The translations under genes were made by a program, and so were the position numbers. This document shows, in pieces, positions 42,333 to 51,853 of a stretch of DNA of 64,000 nt (the stretch's first letter is position 1; each line of letters opens with the position of its first letter). This stretch comes from Porphyridium purpureum (lineage: Eukaryota), in the NCBI GenBank assembly GCA_008690995.1, contig VRMN01000014.1:310001-374000 (forward strand). The letters run 5' to 3'. The notes beneath the pieces were generated by a model, which was not told the DNA's origin, searched no databases, and saw nothing but the letters and a program-made list of their open reading frames with translations.

Positions 42333-45300
42333 TCATTCAGAGTCAGACTCTTCGATAATTTTCAACAAGTCGGGCTCAGAATCGGACGCCGGCATTTCGT
42401 CGGGTACTTCTTCATCATTTTCCCCTGCCATGTAGTCTTCGCGTCCATAGTATGGCTTCAGATGTTGGATCGGAAAAACATCATGACAAGCCACACCCTC
42501 GGGCAAAATCACTCGGTAAGCATGCGAGCTTACCTTCTCAATGACAGGCACCGGACCAAGAAACTTTGGTGCCGCCAAATCACTCTTATTCGGCCGCAGT
42601 TGCGGCGCCGTGATCAACACTTGATCACCAACTTGAAACTCTCGGGCATCCTTGCTTCGATCGAAGAACTTCTGCATTCTCTCTTGGGCTTCGATCAAAT
42701 TGTCGCGGACTTCTTCATGGACTTTGCACAGGCGAAACCAGTGCTCCGCCATGTCCTTCGTCTGTCCGTCGCGCGCAGGCCTCCACCCTTCGCTCGGTGG
42801 AAACCAAGGATCCCTTCCATATACCACTTTGAACGGCGCGAATCCAGTGGCACTGCTTGGTGCAGAGTTGTACGCAAACTCGTACAACGGCAAGTCTCGC
42901 ACCCAGCCACTATTCGTCGCCATCAACTTGAGCATTTCCCGAATCACGCGGTTCACTCGCTCAGTTTGGCCATCTGTCTGCGGGTGGTTGGCGGTAGACA
43001 TTGCCAACTTCATGCCCACCCGCTTGCTCAGCTGCTGCCAAAAGGTGGACGTGAACAGCGGATCTCGGTCAGATACAATTGACTTGGGGTATCCGAAACG
43101 GCTCACGACGTGCTTCACGAACAAGTCAGCACAACGCTTTGCTGTCAAGTCCTTGCGCGTCGGGATAAACAGCGCCATCTTCGAATAGCGATCCACCACA
43201 GTCATGATTGCATCACAGCTGCCTTCGCTCCGAGGCAGCTCCGTCACAAAGTCCATCGAAATGTCGACCCAAGGTCCTTCTGGGATCGACAAGGGCTTCA
43301 GCTTTCCAAACGACCGATTCTCAGACTTTGTCACTTGGCATGCGTGACAAGTCTTCACAAAACGGCTCACGTCTCGCTTCATCTTTGGCCAGTAGAAGCG
43401 AGTGATCAAAGATGCATACGTCGTGTCGGCTCCACGGTGTCCTGCTGTCGGGATATCGTGGTGGAGTTGCATGACACGCTCTCTGAACTTCCTCGGCACG
43501 CAAACGCGATTCCTCAAGTACAAGAGCCCAGCTTCGGTTCGAAAACCCTGGTGGGTCGGTAAGTCTTCCATCAAAGTACCCAAGTCTGGGTCACTCGAGT
43601 ACGAACCCACGAATGCCTGGAAACCCGCACCAAATTCATCACACCGAACTTGGTACTCTAGCGCGTGCAACTCTGGCTTCCTCGACAAAGCATCGGCTAC
43701 CACGTTCGACTTTCCCTTCACATAGTCGATCGTGATGTCAAACTCGGCTAAAAAGTCCAACCACCGTGCCTGCCGGCCATTCAGCTCCTTCTGCGTCATC
43801 AGATGTTTCAACGCCTCATGATCCGTATGAAGCACAAACTTTGCCCCGTACAGATAAGGTCGAAACTCTCGCAGACAGTGAATGACGGCCATGAGCTCAC
43901 CTTCATAGCTGCTGTACCTGGTCTCTCGGTCCAGCAGCTTACTCGACGTAAACGCGACCGGTCTGCCTTCCTGTGCCAGCCATCCCCCCACCGCGACTTC
44001 AGAGCGGTCCGTGTACACCTCAAATGGCTTTTCAGGGTCTGGCAAGGCCAACACCGGCGCTTCCGTCAACATACTCACAATCTTCTTGAAGGCCGACTTG
44101 CCTTCATCTCCCAGTTCGATCAGCTGCTTCTTCGACTTTGCGCTCTGCAACAGCGAAGTCAGCGGCGCCACGACGGTAGAGTATCCTTTGACAAACCTGC
44201 GAAACCAGTTTGTCATTCCCAAAAAGGATCTCAACTCCGTCACCGTCTTTGGCACTGGCCAATCTCTCAAAGCTTCCACCTTCCGTGGATCCATCTTCAC
44301 GCAACCGTTGCCGACAATGTTCCCCAGGTATTCAACTTCAGAGACGAAGAAGCTGCACTTCTTGCGCTTCAAACGATACCCCGCCCTTTGCAAGCGCGAC
44401 AACACTTCCTTCAGGACCTTACCATGCGACTGCCGATCCTTGGTGAAGACCAAAATATCGTCCAAGTAGACAATGACGGTCTTGTCCAGCAGATCTGCAA
44501 ACAGCTCGTTCATGGCCCTCTGAAAAGTTGCCGGCGCGTTGCAAAGACCAAACGGCATCACACGGAACTCGAACTGTCCGTACCTGGTCTGGAACGCGGT
44601 CTTCGGCACATCCTCTCTCCGAACACGCAACTGGTGGTATCCCGATGCCAAATCCAACTTTGAAAAACAATGAGCTGCGCCCAGTCGATCCAGCAACTCA
44701 TCCATGTTTGGCAACGGATACCGGTCCTTCACAGTTGCGTCGTTCAACGCCCGATAATCGACGCACATCCTCATGCTGCCGTCTTTCTTCTTCACGAACA
44801 GCACGGGTGCTCCAAACGGGCTCTGACTCGGCTGGACGAATCCTTTGTCCAGCAAGTCGTCCAAATTCTCTCGGAGGACTTTCAACTCCGCAGGGCTCAG
44901 TCGGTAGAACCTGCCCACTCTCACAGGCTTTTCATCTTTCAGCCTAATCACATGCTCCACTGTTCGGCTCTCAGGCAGCCCTCGCGGCTCCTCGAACAGA
45001 TTTTCGAAATCATTGAGCATCTTCTTCACAGAGTCATCTCGTTTGCGCTCCACTGAACAGGGCTCCTCCCTTCCTTTCAGCACGCCGAGGTAGCACTCTT
45101 CTACCTCCTGACTCTTCAACAGCCGACGGAGCTCTTTCCGTGGCACCAGCATCTGCGTCATGCTCCAGGCCTTCTTCTCTCCGTAGGCCAACATGCCAGA
45201 CTGCCAATCAATCACTGGGTTCTCCCGCTTCAGCCACTCCATGCCCAAGATTGCGTCTTGTCCCGCAATCCGGCAAATGGCAAAGTTAGCGGCCCCCGAG

Positions 45301-45824
45301 TACCCATCGCTCAGTTCAAACTTGACATTGGAGACTTCTCCGGCTGTTTCCAATACAGACCCATCCGCTAGGGTCACATGATCTCTCTTCCACGACGCCT
45401 TCTGCTTCAGGCCGTCGGATTTCTGCACAAAGTCCACGCTCATGAAGTTGTCCGTCGCGCCACTGTCAATCAAAAACGTGGCCTCTCCGTCGGACTTGTG
45501 CACTTTTCCTCGAACTCGAAGAAGCATGGCAGCTCCCATCCCTCCAAGTTCCTTGATCACGGGCTGATTTGCGCTCGAGTTTCGCCCACAAGGTGTCGGA
45601 CAGCCAGACCTTGGCTTACCAAGGCCACCACAGCGGTCTTCATTGCCGCCCCTAGAGGTCTCGTAACGTCTGCGAGCCTCCTTTCCCTCTGACTGTCCGA
45701 GGAACCTTTTTACTCGAGCTCCTCGTTTTTTGACTCCAGCGAGTCTCCCTCCAGCTGGTGGATAGTCTTCCTTGCCTCGGGACACTTCCTCGCGATGTGT
45801 CCCGGCCTTCCACAATTCCAGCAT
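42333..45824 (-). CDS. Gypsy pol (PR-RT-RH-IN), copy 1; probably reached by -1 frameshift at 45725-45731
   Basis: PR LIDSGAT; RT YLDD; RH TDRS/EGELMA/TDH/ADALSR; IN HHCC and SMDF/SDRD/QTER; GPY/F-like KFLGP. Confidence 0.95.
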   Translation of the reverse strand: MLELWKAGTHREEVSRGKEDYPPAGGRLAGVKKRGARVKRFLGQSEGKEARRRYETSRGGNEDRCGGLGKPRSGCPTPCGRNSSANQPVIKELGGMGAAMLLRVRGKVHKSDGEATFLIDSGATDNFMSVDFVQKSDGLKQKASWKRDHVTLADGSVLETAGEVSNVKFELSDGYSGAANFAICRIAGQDAILGMEWLKRENPVIDWQSGMLAYGEKKAWSMTQMLVPRKELRRLLKSQEVEECYLGVLKGREEPCSVERKRDDSVKKMLNDFENLFEEPRGLPESRTVEHVIRLKDEKPVRVGRFYRLSPAELKVLRENLDDLLDKGFVQPSQSPFGAPVLFVKKKDGSMRMCVDYRALNDATVKDRYPLPNMDELLDRLGAAHCFSKLDLASGYHQLRVRREDVPKTAFQTRYGQFEFRVMPFGLCNAPATFQRAMNELFADLLDKTVIVYLDDILVFTKDRQSHGKVLKEVLSRLQRAGYRLKRKKCSFFVSEVEYLGNIVGNGCVKMDPRKVEALRDWPVPKTVTELRSFLGMTNWFRRFVKGYSTVVAPLTSLLQSAKSKKQLIELGDEGKSAFKKIVSMLTEAPVLALPDPEKPFEVYTDRSEVAVGGWLAQEGRPVAFTSSKLLDRETRYSSYEGELMAVIHCLREFRPYLYGAKFVLHTDHEALKHLMTQKELNGRQARWLDFLAEFDITIDYVKGKSNVVADALSRKPELHALEYQVRCDEFGAGFQAFVGSYSSDPDLGTLMEDLPTHQGFRTEAGLLYLRNRVCVPRKFRERVMQLHHDIPTAGHRGADTTYASLITRFYWPKMKRDVSRFVKTCHACQVTKSENRSFGKLKPLSIPEGPWVDISMDFVTELPRSEGSCDAIMTVVDRYSKMALFIPTRKDLTAKRCADLFVKHVVSRFGYPKSIVSDRDPLFTSTFWQQLSKRVGMKLAMSTANHPQTDGQTERVNRVIREMLKLMATNSGWVRDLPLYEFAYNSAPSSATGFAPFKVVYGRDPWFPPSEGWRPARDGQTKDMAEHWFRLCKVHEEVRDNLIEAQERMQKFFDRSKDAREFQVGDQVLITAPQLRPNKSDLAAPKFLGPVPVIEKVSSHAYRVILPEGVACHDVFPIQHLKPYYGREDYMAGENDEEVPDEMPASDSEPDLLKIIEESDSE

Positions 45825-46516
45825 TTGAGCTCGGTACGAACACGCCTCTGACCCTGCACATGTCCCAGCTCCATCGGGACGGGTCCTTCCTGCGCTGCAC
45901 GACCGAAAAATGGCGCCCTCACACTTGAATCACGCACGCCGCGGGTCGCATGAATGGCGTCGTCCACGACCACCGCCACCTGCGCAGCCTCCGCAAACGT
46001 ACTCACTCCTCGCTTGTACACTTCCAAGCGGACCTCGGGCTTCAGACCCCTCACAAAGCGGTCCATCATTTCTGCGTCCGACAAGTCCGGAATCACAAGT
46101 GCCGCGTCCTGAAAAGCCGCCACATACGCATGGGCAGGGCCTTTCTGCGAAAGACGCGTCAACTTGTCCCTTGCACGCCTGATCGAATCCTGCGGCGTGA
46201 ACCGAGCACTCACGAGGGCAGCAAAATCATTCCACGTCGTGGGGATCTCCTGCGGGTAGCGTTCGCAGTTTAGAACCCACCAATGAAGCGCTTCTCCCTC
46301 GAAATAGTCTGATGCCAGGTCCACAGCACGCCTCTCCGCAAGCAGACGTTTCTCCAAATCGTCCGGGTGGAAGCTCTCCAACAGCCGGCCCAAGATCTTC
46401 TTTCTCGCCTGGAACAACCACGTCTTCACAACCAGAAGGTCACGCTTCCCGTCGAACCTCATCAGACGGGCCTCCTTCGGGCCACGTGGTCCCAGCGTCT
46501 CCGAATCAATCTCCAT
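45710..46516 (-). CDS. Gypsy gag, copy 1
   Basis: Retrotransposon gag (FEGEALHWW, FVRGLKPEVR, GPVPMEL) and CCHC knuckle CWNCGRPGHIARKC. Confidence 0.93.
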   Translation of the reverse strand: MEIDSETLGPRGPKEARLMRFDGKRDLLVVKTWLFQARKKILGRLLESFHPDDLEKRLLAERRAVDLASDYFEGEALHWWVLNCERYPQEIPTTWNDFAALVSARFTPQDSIRRARDKLTRLSQKGPAHAYVAAFQDAALVIPDLSDAEMMDRFVRGLKPEVRLEVYKRGVSTFAEAAQVAVVVDDAIHATRGVRDSSVRAPFFGRAAQEGPVPMELGHVQGQRRVRTELKCWNCGRPGHIARKCPEARKTIHQLEGDSLESKNEELE

Positions 46517-47063
46517 GCTTTCTGGACACAAGCACGCTCAACGATCACGACAACACGAACAGCAAGCCTCCGATGCTCACTTTCTCCAACAGCTGCGCGC
46601 ACCACGAACGGGCTCGGTCGCCCTCACGGACACAAACCGACACACGAAGCTGTCCTCTCACGCACACACACGCACAGCAATCTTCTCATGCACGCACAAC
46701 AAAGCACACAGCAATCCTCCTCTGTTGCGCTGGATGGGGAGCGGCCCGGGCCTTTGCACTGGGGCGGGGATTATAGATGCGATCTTGTATGGAGGTGTTC
46801 GGCGCCTACCTTCGCAAAGGTGGTCGTGCGACACTAGGATGAATCCTAGTGAAGGCTGACCGTTACGGCTCTTGCCTACTAATACGTGCTAAGGCAGAGA
46901 GCGAGTCCGCCGTCAAGGCCTAGGCCTATCGTACAGCCAGGACTGAGACCCGCTTCCACCCGTCGCACCCTCCGGATCGACTTACTCGAACCCCCTTACC
47001 CGCAGACTCTCCCACCCAGGCAACCCCAGAGAAACTCTAAGAGAACCTTAGAGCAACCCCAGG

Positions 47064-47081
47064 TAACCAGCGACGATACCA
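47064..47081 (-). other. Primer binding site, probably initiator tRNA-Met
   Basis: TGGTATCGTCGCTGGTT 2 nt after the 5' LTR; copies 2 and 3 have TGGTATCATCGCTGGTT. TGGTATCA resembles iMet PBS. Confidence 0.65.
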
Positions 47082-47083
47082 AA

Positions 47084-47380
47084 TGTTACCAATGCTGTGC
47101 CTTTTACTCTGCTTCTTCTTTCTTGCCTCTTCTGTCTCCGAGCAAGACCTGACCGGCTAGTCCGGGCAGGCGCGTCGCCTTTTTATACCCTTACTTCCGC
47201 CAGGGACAGCAAGGCGCCAAGAGAAATGACAATGCAAATCATTGGCATTTCTGCGCGCGTCTAGAAGGTTCTGGAACCTCTAGAAGCTTCTAGAAACGGT
47301 TAAACGGTCTACCGGCTTAGCGGCTTACCGGTTTCGGATTAACCGAACCGTTCTAGGTGACTGGGGTCGAACGGATAACA
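47084..47380 (-). repeat. 5' LTR of gypsy copy 1
   Basis: Same sequence as 41917-42213, adjacent to the PBS. Confidence 0.95.
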
Positions 47381-49099
47381 CTGGTGATACCTGTTCCCAC
47401 TGTTTCTCGCTAATGACCTGGAATTAACTGGGCAGATCCGACAACTCAGAACGTTTCCGCTTCGAGCATATGTCAATCAAGAAAGATGCGCTGGTTCTGC
47501 GGTTCCATCGCACGAAGTCTGAACCATGCAGATGACTTCAGCTCAGACGAGCCGAAACACGTGTTTGTTAGCCCTCTCTGGCCATATTTGGGCGCGTTTC
47601 TCTCGCTGGCGCTCTATCTCATGGAATACACAGCAAGCGGAGAGTCGCATTTACTTGATGGAGGGACGCTGAATTGGCAAATGCCAAGTAAAATGCGAAG
47701 TGGTATCTGTCACCCGGATATTGAAAGCCTACTTGAGAGCTTCGGCTGGACCCAAAAGGCTATGGGACTATTTCATTTCGAGAAGGGTCGACAAGCCATT
47801 GCTTCGAGGGGCGAGCAGGCTCCGAAAACGTACTTTCGATTATTTTGCGAGGAGGAGGGTCTATCGGAGGAGCAAAGGAGCGCTGCATACATTACCAGCC
47901 AGTGGGAGATCAGTTTGTAGGCCGACTGGTCGCTGGGCTGCCGCTCAATCGGCCACAATTCGCGGTGATGCTACGAGTATTCCAGGAGGAAGATTTTCTC
48001 GAAGCTATTTTCCGAGCGCAGCTTGCGCGTGCGCGAAGGCTTTTGTCTCCCGCTCTTGCTGACTCTGGATGCGGGTTGAAGGTCCCACTTCAAAACGTCC
48101 TCGTGGCGCAGATTGTTTATTATCGGCGGTGGCCGGGAGGTCTCATTTTGACAACACACGCACTCTTTAAGACCTTTCTATTTTGCCCAGCGAGTCACTT
48201 CATGATGAACGCGCTTCATTCAGCACGTGTTGGGGGTTCGCGAAAGACGTTGCGAAAGAGCATTTACGAAGCAACCGGGATTCCGGCATCAACAATTTTT
48301 TTGACATTACTTTCAGAGCTCGCAGAGACGCAGTGGGAAACCGTGGATGCCATGCAGTCGTTTATTTGCGACAAGCTTGCAGGCCTTGTGTTGCCCAAAT
48401 CAAACGTCACCAATTTGTCGCTGGATGCAAGACTGAAAGACTTTGGCGATGAGCTGCGCGCGTTCATAACGAAGCAGGCACAACAGGTGCAGGTGACAGG
48501 CGCGCTGTCGCAAGATGAAAAACATGAAGAACTGGGCCAGCTGTTCCGCCCAACGTGTATTCATGTGGTTCTTGGTTTCACCGTGCCCCCGAGGACTTTG
48601 TCTTACCAAAGGGCATCGCGCTGAGAGAAGCTTGGCGCCTTTGGTGGTGTGGAAGGCACGAACCTCACGTTTGAGCATATTGATTGCTGCGCTGCAGCGA
48701 AATGCTTACTACAAGCACGTACCATCGCTTTTCTGAATGGCGCTTTGTTTTGCAGGCGCTTTGCAAAAAGCTAAACGAGAAAGGAGTTGACGTCTTCAGC
48801 GTTGACGCAGTCAAAGCCAACGAGCTTTTCGAGAATATGGTTGCTCTTGGTCTTGCCCCTGCGTCCGTGATTCAACAGGGACGAAAGCGACTGCGCGCGT
48901 CGGACAGAACAATTTCAACTATCTGTAGCACAATGCGGCTCGAGACTGCAAGAAGCGGACTTCGAGAGAACGCTGGATACGCAGAGATCCGGTGAAATAA
49001 AGCGGATGAAATTTATTTCGGACTCCTAACACTCAAAGCGGGCTGTCCAGGGGGTGTGTGTATGTGAATGTGTATGTGCCTGTGCTCTGCGGTTGCGCC

Positions 49100-50300
49100 C
49101 ATTTTGCGCAATATTCAATCATGACCGCTGTACAGGCAATCTTTGGCCTGGCCGGTACTCTCGCGCACCAGTTCGCTGGATCGTGGAGTCAAACCCGTAG
49201 ATGTTCTGTTTACGAGGCGCTTGTGTGGCGAGCGAACTGAGCACGTTCTCGTTCGCCGCGCTGCTTGAATAGGGAGTACAATGCAGCAAGCGCGTTCCCA
49301 CGTCCAGCAGCGTCGCCGCCTCAAACGCTTTACAAGAGTTCTCCAGCGCAACCACGGCGGCGTGCACATCAATTCGCGGGTTACTGCGGGCATGCGGCGA
49401 TATTTGCAGTGGCAGACCCGGAGCTTGCAATTGCACGTACGCCTCGTGCGACGATCCAATCGGCAAGATTCTGAATGCGCGCATCCTTTTCACCGAGGCG
49501 ACTCATCTCAAGCCTTCCTAAGGCGAGTCATAACCGTCTTGGGGCAGTGTGTGCGAACTCCATTCGCACGCGACCGCCGTTTACGTGACGAAAAGTGTTA
49601 GTTCGGCATTTTCATGGTGGCTGTGGCAGACAGTACGGAAGGAGGGAAAGCATGTCTTTGATATTGATGTTTGCAGCTCTTTTACTCCAGTCGCACTGGA
49701 ATCATTGGCACCTCTTCGCTTGAAAGCCTTTTCAGAATCTCTTCCTTGCTTCGCAGAGTCAACGCATTCGCATTATGAATTGTATTCCCGTCGTGCTCTT
49801 ACGACCCTGCTCGACGTAAACGAGCCCCGACAAGGTGAAGTCGTGTGGAGCACTCGAATGCTCGCAGCAGTTTTCCAGACGCAGCCTGAATGTGCAGCAT
49901 TCTTTTCGCAAATTGCTCATGCAGTGATGTGACACCCTTCGTGCAAAACTTGTTTTGCAAATGCATCTTGCGATCGTTGCCGAAAATTCCTTCCAATCAC
50001 AGAAATTTCACACGATGAATACAGGTTTGCGGTTTGACATTCCACTCCTTTCTGTGACGAAAAAACCGAGGAAGACGCTGTACCTCTGTGCACTGCTTGA
50101 AGCGCCTCACACAGCGTTGTGTTGACCGGAGGGGAAGTTGTTTCCGACCGCTCTGAGCTCGAGGGGGTGCGCGCGCTTTAGCCTTCATTTCGTAAGCCAC
50201 CAGCCATGTCATGCCGGTTCGCAGTTCCGGCCGACCGGTGGCTGCGAGTGCACCGCACATTCTGTGGCCAGTGTGCGAGTAAGGTAATGTTTTGTGCGGG
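49100..50300 (-). pseudogene. Highly decayed MULE/MuDR-like transposase relic
   Basis: Motif fragments in MULE order across frames: LAATG..TWLVAYE, VFSSQKGV (cf. SDRQKG), CIH, then SWIM-like TCNC..GLP-CK. Confidence 0.4.
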
Positions 50301-50570
50301 CGATGCGGCGCGATGGGCCGTGCCTCGTCCGTATGTAATGACTCCAGCGCCGGTGCGCCAGGGCTAGCTGCTCTTCGAAGGGCTCTTTTAAGCAAGAACA
50401 AGGATAGGAGAGACATTGTCAGGTTGACTAAAAAGGGAGGCTTCTTTTCTGGCCACCTGCTTGTGATTTTCTGCCACAGTGGCCTTTGTCTGTATTCTCG
50501 GTCATACCGCGGCGCCTACCTTTTAAGGGTTCCTGGGCTATTCTTCTTGCGAAAATGGATATGATGTGCA

Positions 50571-50885
50571 TGTTTAGGTATAATGCCAGTGCTGGATTGG
50601 TAATCCGGCATTGGAGCTAAAAGATACTCTTCCTCGGGGGAGTACAATGAGCGGAGCGGATGCAAGGTGCGCTCAAGCGCAATGTCCACCGTGAAGCGAT
50701 GAGACTGATTTGCTTTGCTATTCTCTTGGCGCCTTGCTATCCCTCACGTAGCGTATGGCTGTAAAAGGGCAATGGGCCTGCTGGGTCGACATATATAGGT
50801 TTTACCCTGAGACAGAAGAAGAAGGAAGGAAGGGGCAGAAGAAATCGTATACAGCTAAGGCAACTTGGGAACAGAGTTGGTAACC
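50571..50885 (+). mobile_element. Old LTR plus PBS relic related to the gypsy family, opposite orientation
   Basis: TTCTCTTGGCGCCTTGCTATCCCT (50721-50744) matches the gypsy LTR at 23/24. GAGACAGAAGA and the ACAGC..GGCAAC end are colinear, followed by PBS-like TGGGAACAGAGTTGGTAACC. Confidence 0.6.
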
Positions 50886-51853
50886 GTTCTCAACAATAAA
50901 TGTTCTCGGGTGCGTGAATGTCAGCACGTTTCATGGGCGTCTTAGATCGTGCCAACTATCGCGCATCTTGTACCACCCGCATAGCCCCAAAAGAATGCGG
51001 GGCGTTGTATGCGTCCAAACTAGCAGGTTTGTGATGCGATGCGAACCCATGCCGCTGCCTCAGCGCGAAATTTTCGAGCCGCGCGGGTAGCGGTCAGTGC
51101 GGCGCATCATGCACGCGGCGTACTGATCCTAGCGCACTGAATTTGGCCCCCCTTTTGATGCGTACCGACTACTCCATTGGGCGAACATATGAATCGACAT
51201 ACCCCGTGGCGCTCCTGCAGTACCAAATTGTCTTTTTTTCATTGTTGTTGCAGTTATTTTAATTGCTCATCACTCAACACTGAACGAATCGTCATGCCTA
51301 GGGAAAAGGTAACAGCCGCGCCAGTCTATTCAGAGCCTCAATGTGCCCATCACCACACACGCATCCTTTTCCTTTCTCCCTCTCCTGGCAGCCGCTGCGC
51401 TCCTTCTGTGTTACCAATGCTGTGCCTTTTACTCTGCTTCTTCTTTCTTACCTCTTCTGTCTCCGAGCAAGACCTGACCGGCTAGTCCGGGCAGGCGCGT
51501 CGCCTTTTTATACCCTTACTTCCGCCAGGGACAGCAAGGCGCCAAGAGAAATGACAATGCAAACCATTGGCATTTCTGCGCGCGTCTAGAAGGTTCTGGA
51601 ACCTCTAGAAGCTTCTAGAAACGGTTAAACGGTCTACCGGCTTAGCGGCTTACCGGTTTCGGATTAACCGAACCGTTCTAGGTGACTGGGGTCGAACGGA
51701 TAACATCTCCCCCCCTCTTGGCTCGACGTCTCGGCGAGACTTCAAACTAAGTTGCATTCTTGGCTCGAGGAACCCGCGCTCCGGGAGAAAACCTCTGCCT
51801 AGCAAACTTCTCACAATACCCAAGTCATTCAGAGTCAGACTCCTCGATAATTT

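Larger units (their letters stand above)
41917..47380 (-). mobile_element. Ty3/gypsy LTR retrotransposon copy 1, full length and young
   Basis: 297-bp LTRs 41917-42213 and 47084-47380, identical by eye. TSD CTGGT at 41912-41916 and 47381-47385. PBS, PPT, intact gag and pol. Confidence 0.97.
41401..48995 (+). pseudogene. Decayed Crypton-type (CryptonS-like) tyrosine recombinase, interrupted by gypsy element 1
   Basis: Frame continues across the empty site: DGMRAMEYGLF...RYAG|DTCSHCFSLMTWN*LGRS...DALVLRFHRTK. Then KHVFVSP..LSLALYL, GTISFREG, LRGGGSIGGAKERCIHYQPVGDQFVGRLVAGLP, FHRAPEDFVLP..AWRLWWCG. Stops and frameshifts present. Confidence 0.8.
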
